A DNA stretch of 64,000 bases from Euglena gracilis (taxonomy: Eukaryota): assembly GCA_039621445.1 (NCBI GenBank), contig CP154954.1:33457455-33521454 (forward strand). The letters are read 5' to 3'. Of the stretch, positions 24,701-36,831 are shown in pieces. The notes under the pieces are model-generated. The model ran no database searches. It worked only from the letters and a program-made list of their open reading frames with translations, and was not told the DNA's origin. The translations under genes were made by a program, and so were the position numbers. Every line of letters begins with the position of its first letter. Within the stretch, counting starts at the first letter, position 1.

Positions 24701-27700
24701 CCTCAAGCAACCCCCCCCCCCGTGGGTAGAGCCGTTGCAAAACGGTGGCCCCTGGGGGACGGGGGCAGACCGTCGTGGGCGTTGAAGACGCGGAGGCCGC
24801 GGTCGGTGGAGCCCGTGGCGCAGCTGCTGGCGTCCGGGGAGATGGCGACGGCGACCACGCAGCCCGCGTGGCCGGTCAGTGAGCACACCTGCTGGTCTGC
24901 GGGGAGGGGGATAGGCCGCGTGGTGACTCAGCAACAGACCATGCGAAAGCGAGGGGAGGTCCGCCAATCCATTCTTCATTCTGCGAACCTGAAGAAAAAA
25001 ACAAGACACCAAGATTGAGCCAATATCAACATCACGGGGGTGGGGCGGGCAGCACCTGCAGTGGCGTTCCACACCAGCGCCAGGTCGTAGTTGCACCCGA
25101 ACACAATGGTGGAGGCGTCGCCTGGCAGGGCCGTCTCCCCTTACGCCCCAAAACCAACCAACAAACCAAGACCCCAAACCTCAAACTAACCACCCACCAG
25201 AGTGTGTCTGGGCACAAGCTGGATGGAAGGTCTCCACGGCCCACAGGGAGAAGGCAAGCTGCTAAAGCCCAGCTGTTTGCCCCGGAGAGAGGTGATTCAT
25301 TCCAACGCTCTGATTGCCTTGCTTTGTTTGGGTTGAACTGAATCCCCCTGAGGGGATCCAATGGCCCAAACGCACCCTCCCGAAACCACCAAAGGGTGTG
25401 TGTTCGGTCAGGAGAGCAGGCGGGGGACAGCGCTGGCCGCCGGAAACAGCGATGCTGCTGACGCCTTTCGGGGCGACCGTCAACCGCTTGATGAGCTCGC
25501 CTGCGCCGAGGACAGCGCCGGACACGGTGAGCGCCACTTGCTTTCTTACTGCCATGGCCGACATTGGCAGAGATATCAGTGACGGTGGAATGGAAAGGGG
25601 TGGGGCGGGTACCGGAGGACGTCTTCCACAGCCGCACCACGCGCTCCTTGGAGATGGCGACCAGGGTGAAGCCGTCCGGGGACAGGGCAAGGCACTTCAC
25701 GGAGTCCGTGGCGATGGTGCGCAGCGTCTCCCCTGCCAGGGAATGCAGCGACAAGTGTGGAGCGAAGCAGCGATGTGCTACAGGCATGGCACTCCCAGAC
25801 AGAATTGTTATGTTCTTTCTGACCACTGACCACTGGGGAGGACCTGATGGGAAAGCACCTCCGTTGGCTTCCGGAAATTCTTTCTTTGTTTGCTCCTTGG
25901 CCTGCCCTCTCGCCCACCCCGCCCGCCCCGCCTCCCCACACCGGTGGCGGCGAGGGAGAGGCGCACGTGGCGCTCGTCGGCGCACGACGCCACCAGCCGG
26001 CCGTCGCTGGACAGGGCGACCAGCGTGCCGGCGCTGCAGTCCGGGGCCCCGTCGAACGCCTTGACCAGCCCATCTGCGGGGGGGGGGAGGCCGAGCCCGG
26101 GTCTCGAGATCCACTCGCGGACGTCAGGGTGTCCAAAAATGGGGCTCGGCAACTCGGGCCCCCTCTCCCTTTCGGCGGTAGGCGTGTCAGTTGGGGACCA
26201 ATATCCTGAGGCAACCCTCCTGCTCGCCAACCACACGGGCCGGGGGCAGGGTGGCAGGAAGTCAAAAGAGGTGCTCCACGGTGAGCCGCGGGCTGACTGT
26301 TGTGCGGGAAAGACACATCGGAGGTGCCTTGGCATCTTAGGCTTGCTACATACGCTCAAGCACCGGAATGCTGTTCCTTTTTTCTGTTTGATAAATAATA
26401 GCCTCTGAGGTTCACCATTTGCACGGCAGTGGGACATCAGCATGCAGGGATGCACACCAACCATGGCCCCAGTCAAATCTGCTCCGCGCAAATCGGCACG
26501 CTCCAGAATAGCACCCTGCGTGCAGATGCCAGAAATACACCCCAAGGAGCAAACTCCCCTGGTCTCATATTTTTCGTGATTTCAAGACCCTCAGGGGTTT
26601 ATGATTGGGTAGGGGGAGTCGAAAATCCACAACCAAAAGTGCATCGGGGGGGATATGCAACAAGGTCCCTCAAAATATGCAATGCAAAAAAATGCAAAAA
26701 ATGCAAAAAGAGTTGCATGTAAATTTATTCAGGAGCATCCCTCGTCCCAGGACCTTCATGGTTTCATCATTGTCTAATTTTTAATATTCATTTTCAGAAA
26801 GAATAAATGAGAATCAGGGAACTTCAGCCTGGAAGAACGAAATATACGTTCTTCCAGCCTGAAGTGTCCGCCCTGGAGGGTAATCTGAGACAAGGAGAGA
26901 GGGCTACGATCCAAACCAGAAAGCGCAACCCGCCATACTAATTAACTAATTACAGATAAACACCCAATCAGTTTTTGAATTCAATACCCAAAATATTGGC
27001 CCCAACCAGGATGCTTTTTACAAAAAAAGGAGATATCCCCTGAGTCTGAGTGGGTGGTGTGAGCAGGCAGGGAGGGCGTAACCGCCCCCCCAAATGTAAC
27101 CCCCCCCAAATACAACCCCACCAAATATACCCCCCCTGAGGACCTTGAAATCCCGCTCGAATATAAAACCCCCCCTCCGGTGCGAAGCGCCAGAAGGAAA
27201 ATATTTCGACAAAATCTCTCCTGAAATTGTGATTTTTGGCAGATTTGGGAGCAATTTTTACCCAAAAATGTGAAAATTGCTCCTCCGCCCAAAAAGTGAA
27301 ATTTTTGGACCCTCAGGGGTGGACATATTTGTGATTTTGGACCGAAAAAGTGACTGCTGGGTCCCTCCAAAAAGTTGATTTTTCCGACCGAATATAACCC
27401 CCCCAAATATAAAACCCCCGCGGGGGTCGTGAAATTTCCGCCCAAATATAAAACCGGGGGGGGGGGTTTGTATTTGGGGGGGGTTTAGGGCATTTTCGAT
27501 CCCCCTCAGGGAGGGGGGGGGGTCGCCGAAGGCGCCAGAGCCAATAAAAATGGCCAGCGTGTTTTTAAAAAAAATCCCCCCGAAGTATGTTTCATAGCAC
27601 AATTTTGAAGCCATTCCGCCCAAAATTCTACCATTTCACTCCAGTTTCACTCTGCCATTTGGCTGGGGTGAGATTTTTGGCCAAAAAATCGATTTTCAAA

Positions 27701-30700
27701 AAAATCGAGAAAACGAACATTATTTCCGAAAGTGTCTGCCAGACCAAATATGCCCCTGGAGATCCTCTGTCGCCCCCCATTCGCCGTCTTGGTTGCCGAC
27801 AAGCCTGGGCCATGTTCTGGCTTAGTTTTGAGCCTCAAAACACCCATTTTTAGGATGCTTTTGCGGCCGTTCTTTTTTGGTCGAAAAATAATTGTTTTCA
27901 AAATATCTCGACAATGAAGCAAGATCAAAAGAAGTGTCCAGCGACCAAAAATGAAGCCCTTGGAATGCCTTATCCAACCATGCTTTACGTTTTCCCAACC
28001 CTTTGTGTAGCCCAAGTTACGGCCATTATTTCGGCCGATTTTGACCCATTTTTGGGGCCATTTTGGACTGTTTTCGGGGTTAAAAAAAATGACGTTTCCA
28101 ATATATCTCGGAAATGACTCCACGGCTGGCCCGAGTTATGGCACTTTAAAGGCGCCTTGCCCTAAATACTGTACGTTTTGGCCTGTTTCGACTTGGTCAT
28201 TTTTTGGCCCTTCCGGTGGCCAATCAAAGGAAATGGTGGGGAACCTAAAATGAAGCCCTAGGGACCTCTATTCCCTGAAAAGGCCCCTGGGGCCACTTTT
28301 ACGCATTCCCCAACTTCAGCCCATTTGAACCATTTTTAGGCCATTATATGGTCGAAAAAATTGTGGGGAATGAAAAGAAAATACTGGGGACCTAAAATGA
28401 AGCTCTGGGGGCCCTCTTTCACCCCGTATGGACGTCCAGGGCCAGCCGCCTGGTTGCCAGACCGGGCTGGGTGGGGCTGCCAGCCTGACTGGGCCGCCGT
28501 CCAGGCCGGGCCAGGCTGGGTTGCCTGGCACCATCGGGCAGGGAAGAGCTCAGCACTACACAAACCTGGTCATATTTGGGTCCCAAATCAAAGCCCCCAG
28601 GGTGGCTTTTATTTGGGGGGGGGGGCGTTGCGATGGGGGGGGGTGCTTTGGGTGTTGACTTTTGAAGGGTTTTTGCAGCAGATTTTGGCACCACTTTCAG
28701 TTAAGTTTTACTGGGGACTGCAACCCCCCCAATGAAGTGGCTCCAGACAAGTCGCAAGAAGGTCCATAAAGACAGGTGTGCAGGAGGACAGGTCAACGAG
28801 TATGGAGGCGGGCCACAAACTCCTAGAGGGGAATCAAAAGATCAAGAGAGGGGGAGAAATGACTTTTTAAACCCCAGGTTAACACAAAGAAGCAAAAGGC
28901 GATTCTTCAAAACATATTTGTGACAAGAAGCTTGAAAACAATGTAAGCTGTACATGTTAGCAAGCATGTCAACACCAATATTTGCTTTGAACTTGAAGGA
29001 AATACCCCCTTGAACAAAAAACTGTGAAAATTCCTCCCAAGGAAAAACTGGGAGGCAGATCAGTGGGTACAAGGGTAGGATATAGGTTCCAAGACGACAG
29101 GCTGGCAAGAACAGGGGAGGGTCAGGTATCTGAGAAGATGCCTGTGGAAACGCATGATCACTGATCAGTTTCACTTCATTTAACCAAGAACTCTCATAAA
29201 TGTTTTAAAAAAATGTTCCGACCTCCATACTTCATCACAGGTAAGCGCCATCATACCCCCACCATGCCGACCATCATACTTCATCCCACATCACTGGTAA
29301 AAGCCAAATCCTCGCAGACCAGACTCCGGCCGGCACACCTTAAGGTCCACTCCGCGAAGGTTGGCCCCAGAGAGGTTGCAGCCCTGGAGGTCCGCATAGT
29401 GGAGGACTGCGCCGGGCACGTTGATTTTGGACAGGTCCTTGCCTGAGGAAATGGGGATTCCTATCTGGGAGACGGGTTCACTGGCAATGGGCAATCACAT
29501 CGTTACACGTTCCACAATGTTTACCCATGGCTCCGCAATATTTTCACAACGTCAAACAATTCCCACAAGTTCCACTCCCACAATGTTGCACATGGTTCCA
29601 CAATATTATCACACGTTCCTCAATGTCTTCACAATATTTCACAATTGCATTCCCAATGTTGCACAATTGCTTTCACAACATTCCACAATGATTTTGAACA
29701 TTAAATTGTTTTCTGACAACGTTGCTGTGAGGTTCTCAACGCTTTCAATGCTCCTCAAATTACTTTCACAGCGTTCCATAACGTTCCAAAACTTTTCACA
29801 ATTACCCATAATGATTCACAACGTTCCACAATTCTCCCACAGCGTTCCACAAATTCCACAATGGTGCACATGGTTCCACAATGTGTGGGAAATTGAGAAA
29901 ATTATTGTAGGAAGCTGTGCAGGGTGTGAAATTGTTATGGAACGTTGTGAGTAACCCACGGAATCGTTGTGGAATGTTGTGAGAACATTGTGGTGAATGT
30001 TGTGTGATTGTTATGGAACGTTGTGAGTAGCCCATGGAATCGTTGTGGAATGTTGTGAGAACATCGTGTAAGCGTTGTTAAATGTTGTGAAACGATTGTG
30101 TAAGGTTTTGAAAACAGTTGTCATCCACAATGTTCTCCAAGGTTCTGCAAATGCATTTGACTACATTCCACCACGTTCCACCGTGATTTTCAGGACCAGC
30201 TTCTTTTTGGAATCAGCGAACTTTCGCTGAATTCCAATCAGCTCCTCAGCTGAATTCCAATCAGCTCACAATGTGATTGGTTTGAACTGCTCTCGTCCCT
30301 CCCTCCCTTGTGCGGCACTACGGGCGGGAATTGGGCTGGACCTTGGAAGAGGACGCCGGCGGCGGAGAGGAGCGTCATGCTGATGGCGGCGCGCTGCATG
30401 AGGCCGCTGTGGGCCGCCTGGCCGCGGGACGCCAGCAGGAAGTCCATCAGCTTCCGCTTCACGGCCTCCGTGCCGGGGTGGCCCTGCGCCTGCCGGTCTG
30501 CGGCGGACCCGGCAGGGCAAAGCTTGGGTCCCCCAAGGACCCCTCCTCCCCAACCCCCCCCCAAGGAACCGCCAACCCCCTCCATGGGAAGCTGGCCAGA
30601 AGTGGTGGGGATCGCAATGCAGCGGGCATCGCATCAGCCTCCATCCGCAGAATAGTGTCCCCGAGACGCCGCTCCAGTCATTGTGCTCCCCGCAAACGCC

Positions 30701-33700
30701 GGGCCGGAGGGGGGACCTGCCAGGATGTCGCCGAAGAAGCGCAGCACGGGGACGTCCCGGGCCGGGATGAGCTGGGCGAGGTCCGCCCCGCTGAGGAGCT
30801 CCAGGTCCTGGTACACGTGCCGTGCTGCGGGGGGGGGGGGCAGGTGAGGGATGGCGCAGCCTGCCTGGCAGGTGGGAAGAAGTTTTCAGGCCAAAGCCAG
30901 CCCACCCGTTTTCTTTTTAAGTGATGCAGTTTCTCTTCCAATTTCTGGCTCATTTTGTAATTTATTGTTCGCATCCAGAGCATCCACCATAAATTGCTAG
31001 CTCTTCGGATACGCTCCAGCGCCCCAGAAATGTTCCACAACTTTCATCCATTGGACGAATTGGGTTGACTTTGCCCAAACCACAGGCAAAAAAAAAGAAC
31101 CCAACCATCCCCCGACGGTCCAGTGACCATGGTCGCTGGCGACGTCCATCACCAATTTCTCGCTCGGGGCTGTTAGCCGGGGTATGGGACAAGATCGAGG
31201 GGGGGAAGGTAAGTGTTTTTGCGTTTTTGACAAATTTTTGACCAAAAAAAAGTGTTCAATAATAGAATACCATGCCCCCCCCCCCGAGCTATTCCGGTCC
31301 CCAGAACCCTTTACGGCCAATAGGAACAGCGTGGGGGACAGCTCATGGGGGGGGGGACCTAGGTCCCCCAAGGCTATTCCCATATGCGAACCTCGGGCCC
31401 CCAAAGGGGGTCATTTTTGGGCAATTTTTGGATGTTCGACCACTTTTCACAGGCTTGATTTTTGGGGGCGTCCCCTCCCTCGGGGTACCGCGCCGGGCAG
31501 GGTGGGTGGGGGGAGAAGAGAGAGGGACCCCCCCGGGGGTCTTGCAAAGAGACTGGTTGCCAACCAGGCTTTCAAGCTGTATTCAGATCAGGCTTGTGCT
31601 TAGTTGGGTGGCTACCCCACGGGGGGTGGGGGCTGCTAGGGGCAGGCACCCCATAGCACCCGGTCCGACCCCCAGGGGGGGGGGTAGGTTTTTGGGGGGT
31701 GCCTGCCCATAGCAGGCACCGCACTCGAACTGCGGGCCGGCAGCAAACACACACCGACGAGGTACTCCTGGAGGGACTTGTGCCGGAAACCGGGGATCAT
31801 CGCCGGGGCCCCGCGCCGGAAGCTGACGCCGCTGGCGTACAGCTCCCAGGCCTGGCGCTGGGCCTGGCTCCACAGCTGGTCCAGCTTGAGCGCCGGCTGG
31901 CTGGCCACCTGCTGCTGGAAGTGCCGCGTGAGCCACGCCTCATACAGGTCCCGAGAGGCGTCGCAGCCTGTTGCGGTGTTTCAGAGCCGTGCGTTGCGTC
32001 ACACATTGACCTTCAGGTGGGGCAGAGTTCCGTTGCGAGGATGCTCCGTAGGAGGATGCTCTCGAGCGGCCTTGAACGTGTTCGAGGAACGTTCGAGGAT
32101 GCTCGAAAGCTCCTTGAGCGCGTTCGAGACACGTTCGAGGAGGCTCAAGAGCCTCCTTGAACCACCTCGAGCATATGTGCGACCATGGCAAAGAACTACA
32201 ATATCAATATATCAAAAACATTTCCACTAACTTCCTGTGTGTACAACTCCAATGTCCATTCCCAAGGTGGTAGGAGATAAGAGAGGGGATGAATTAAAAA
32301 CAAAGATGGTGCAGTCCCTGACCATTAATCAAAAAGCCAAAACCAAAAGCACATCGGAAAACGTCTTGGAAGCCACACACTGCATCGCTGCATTTTGGTG
32401 GTGTGTCCAGGACCTGGGGGGGGGGGCAGCGCCTGGCGGTGCGGCCCTTGAACTGGCGCCGGGGCTCCGCCAGCAGCACCGCCGCCGCCATCGTCAGCTT
32501 CCAGGGGGACGTGTACAGCGCCGGCCCGGGCTCGATGGGGATGGCCCCCACGATGCGCTGCCGCCGACCGGCCTGTGCGATGATGTGTAGATCATCCGAG
32601 ATCGTGAAGGGGGGAATTAAATTCTGCCTGAAAATGACTGAAACACCCCCATCCCCATTCTCGAAAGACTGCATAAAAATGCCAATTTCATGACGGTTGG
32701 TCTCAAAAACATCCTATGCAGCTTTTTCCACCAGGGGTGATCCAACCCATAGGTGGCGTCAGATACCAACAGGTTGGGCGGGTCCAGGAATAGAATACAT
32801 ATGGCAGGGAGGGGGAATGCTGGCTGGTGGCCAAAGGTCGCTCGCCCGAGTTAGGCTTTTGACCTCCTCCGAGGACCTGTGGCTTCCCTGACAGCCCTCT
32901 GCCCCAGGCTGACAAACAGGCACAGCCAGCAGGTGAAGGGTCACAACAGACCACAGACGGCAGCAGGCATGACAGGAAACTTCGTCCGAACGGTTTAGAC
33001 GAAATCAAGCACAATGAAAAGCCACAGGGGGCAGACTGGTAAACCAACAATTCACGTGGGGTTCCTCGGGGGGGGGGGGGGCTCTGCAGAACGTGGGTCT
33101 GGGAAAAGGGCTGACCCCCCGGCCGGGCTCTGGCGCTCCAGCTGCTTCAGGACGAACTCCTCCGCCTCGAAGGGGGAGAAGCCCTGCAGGAACAGCCAGG
33201 TCGGGGCAGGCCCGAAGCAGGGGCGGTACAGCGGGAGGTCCTCCTGCCGGCAGGTCACCACCAGCTTCAGGTTCCACGCCGAGAAGCCGTTCAGCGCCCA
33301 CCGCCCGGAGGTGGCCGCCGCGCTGGGGGCCGAAGTGCGTTGTGGGGTTCGGAAGGTTGGAATTCTGAAGAAGCGGATTCCAACGTTGGGGGATTTAAAG
33401 GTCAGGAATGGACGCCGGAACCGAAACCCGTTCCAACCTTCAGGACCAGGCAACAAGCTAGACAACCTCTCTTGGGAGGTTATACGTGGGGGATACTCAG
33501 CCATGAGAAAGGGAAAGAGTTGACACCAAGGGTTTTCTTGAGGACCCCGGGGGTCCCATGGGCCGGCTGGAAACAGGTGCTGGCTGGACCCCCCCTAGGG
33601 TGGGGGGTCCGGGGGGGGGGGGGGGCGCTGGGAGCTGGACCTGGTGGGTACCCAAAAAAGCCCCAAAAAGCCCAAATCCAGCTGGGTTGTCATTTTTTCA

Positions 33701-36700
33701 GCCAAAATTTGGAGGTGAAATTCAAAAACCACTCAAAAATGCTATTTTGGCCACCTTTGGCATTTTTCTCTCAAAAACATTTGGCTCTTCGTGCCAAAAA
33801 TTATCCGGTCCAGCCCAGCTTTGTCAGGCTGGACCTTTATATCACATTTTCACCCGGGGGGAGGGGGTCCGCAGCCCGGCTGGGAGGTGCTGGCTGGCTG
33901 TACACCCCCCGGGGGGGGGGGTCCCCTCCGGCAAAGAAAACCCCTGGCTGACGCACCTGCGCGTGGATTGTGGCTTTGGGCAACGGTCCAGGGTATATGA
34001 CTACAAGCATTGGGTGTCAGGATGACCGCGAGAGTTTCGAGTGTCGGTGGTTTCCATCCCCACTCCTGTGGTCTCCGCAGCGCTGAACCACCAATGCCAG
34101 GAGCATCGGTCTGTGGATGAATTGGGGAGCATTGGGGAGCGGCAGCCACCTCCCCAGCTCTCCAGCATGTCGTTGCCGCTGCGCTTCAGCTCATCCACAC
34201 TGTCCAGCACCAGCACGAGGGGCTGCCGCCGGAGCTGCCCGCACGCCGGCTCCCCGGCCTGCAGCCCCAGCAGCTGGTACACGTGGTTGGCCAGGGCGGG
34301 GGTGGGGCATGGCGGGGAGGCCGTGCCCTGCACTTCCGAGCAGGCGATTGGGAATTGAGAAAAGAAGGGAAAAAGACCACCACACTTGCTGTGGATCGTT
34401 GTGTAGAATCATCAAATGCTTGGCTTGATTTTGTGCTAGAATCCAACATTCTTTTGTCAAACACACCACAATGGTTTGAGCCGACTTGTGGCGAGATGAA
34501 ACGAAACAAACAAATGTGATTCAAAGCAGTGCAGTGCCATGTACGCATTTACATGCCACAATGCGACATGCAGATGCAACATCCCCTCTGCCCCTCTGCA
34601 ATCCATGCCCCAATTGTGGCGTGTGAAGGGCTTGTCGACGGTTGGCAGAGAGACAAACAGCCACAGGCGGCCGAGCCAGCCAACGTGCCGGCTCATCCAC
34701 AGCGCGCTGCAGGTCTTGCCCATCCCTGTGGACAGACGGGGTAGCACGATGTGCAAACCAACATCCCACAGCTGCATGGGAAATAACACAAAATAAAATA
34801 CACATTCCCAAGCAACGACCCATCCACAACCACAATATACACATTCAAAGCACACCTGGTTTGGAGACCAGCACGAGCACATCGCTGTGGCCATTGATGA
34901 AGTGTTCTAGCCGGGCCTGGAGGGGAAAGCTGCTCAACAAGTGAGGGTCGTCCGTCACCACCGGCGCTACAAACTCCTTCTGGAAATCGCGATAAATAAA
35001 ACTGGTGCGGTGCATCGCCTGCATGATTGCCCCGAGGGGCACGTGGCTCCTGGCACTGCCTGGAACCGCCACACTGGGCCACAAGGAAAGTTTGTGGACG
35101 ACTGAAAAATGTTTTGAGATGCCTTTGCCCGTTGCTCATTTCTTAAAATAATGCGAGAAAGCAAAACAAAAATTGATATCAGGAAAATTGCAGAAAATTT
35201 GCCGGATATTTGCTGAAATTGCAGAGAAATTGAGAGAAAATTTCGAAAATTGCGGAGAAACTGCGGAAAAATTATGCAAATTGCAGAAATTGCGGAACAA
35301 TTGTGGAAAAATCACAGAAAAGGGAAAAAAAATTCCGGAAAAATTGCGAAAAATGTGGGAAAATTGCGGTTTTCAATCCCCTGGTCCGACGTTGTGCCTT
35401 GCTGCTGCCTGCCCTTCTCTTTTGTTTCACACATCTTTCTGCATGTATGTGTACTGCACATCTCTTTGTGCGGTCTTCAACAAGAATCCTCTTCGCGGCA
35501 TTCATCATATAACGCCTGTTTTTTTTTCACATAAGACAACATCTTTCTCCATGGACAAGAACAAGGCAGGGCCAGGGTGGACGCCGGCGGGCCGCAGGGG
35601 AACGATGCGGCCCTCGTAGGCGAGGAGGTGGGTGAGCGACGTCAGCCACCCGCCGCACACCTCCAGCTCGCCACCTGCCCGCCTTTCGGTCCCCCCCCCC
35701 CCCGGCTGGGGGTGGGGTGGGAGAGGCGGGATTGCCCGTTGAAAAGCACATCAATTTGCACACTCACTGGGGGTGGATCGGGGCCGACAAAAAAAAGCAG
35801 GCAGCCTGCAGTCCAACGGGTGGAGGTATGGCGCCTCGTCCGGGAACAGCGTCAGCTGGAGTGCCGCTCGGGGACAGGCGAGGCGGGGAGGGGGGAGGCA
35901 GAGGAGGCGTTTCTATTTTGAACAGAATACCCCACATGTACAGGAGTAATGCAAAGCCCAAGCGAAAGCCAGCCAGGCAGGACGAGAAGCGAACGAGCAC
36001 ACTTGTGAGCTTGAATTCTTCTGTCTGTAGACACCAGAAAAGAGGGAAGGTGCGTATCCGTGGAGAAGAAAGGGAGGTTGAGAGACAGGCGACAAAGTTT
36101 GTACAGCCTCAGAGGCAACGCTACATTATCGTGTGCAATGTGTCAAACACACGCAAATGACACGGCACCCGTGGCCCGGCCTGGAGGGGCCTCGGAGGAC
36201 ATGATAACGAAATAATCGGAGGGCTTGCCGGCGCTGTTCCGACTCGGCGCGGCGCACAGGTGGCTTTGGTCCACGGCACTCGACGCCCGCGTGGCGCCGC
36301 CCCACGCCCCCCGCAGCCCGACGGTGTAGCGGGGGACGTCGTCGCCGGGGTCCACCGCCCGCAGCACCGCCTCGTTGACCGGGGGCAGTGCCTACCGCAG
36401 GCCCCCCTCCCAGGGCGGGGGAGAGGGAGGGGAACCCAGCCTGAGCTAGGTGGGGGCGAATCGAGGTTCCGAGTGCCAAGCCGAGGTGGCTTGAGTGGCA
36501 AGCGAACTGGCTGGGGTTCTGGGCGGGTCCCGAGCCTCAGGCCGCAGGAATAACTGGTGCCCTGAAAGCGCATCACTGTCAGCCGATAAACCTCTTCCCT
36601 GTCCGCTGATAAAGTACCTTTTCTTTTCTACTGATGGACGGAGCCGGGTTATTTCTTTCATACTTTTTGCTTGATGCTGAACCACAAAAACAAAATATGT

Positions 36701-36740
36701 AACTGAAACTTAAAAACTGTAAATAAATAATAATAAATAA

Positions 36741-36831
<91 letters not shown>

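Larger units (their letters stand above)
12793..26073 (-). other. Array of 14 WD40 repeats, about one per symmetric phase 1-1 exon
   Basis: Units: 26073-25942, 25732-25613, 25500-25441+25121-25056, 24896-24771, 24655-24530, 23831-23706, 23248-23123, 21838-21772+19056-18998, 18858-18733, 18102-17980, 17342-17220, 16293-16165, 14633(or 14645)-14508, 12918-12793. Most are 126 nt, e.g. GEVLHALEGHAATISSVALARDASLVVSGSHDYEARVWVVAT. Introns split the Gly codon after each repeat. Donors are GT except one GC at 17979. Confidence 0.92.
31755..35059 (-). other. NACHT NTPase domain exons of the NLR-like gene
   Basis: Walker A is split by a GT-AG intron (34726-34855): ..VSKPG|MGKT. Walker B LVLVLDSVDEL lies in exon 34297-34150, sensor-like VVTCR in ~33322-33117, and winged-helix motif FRHKSLQEY in 31950-31755. 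Confidence 0.88.
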
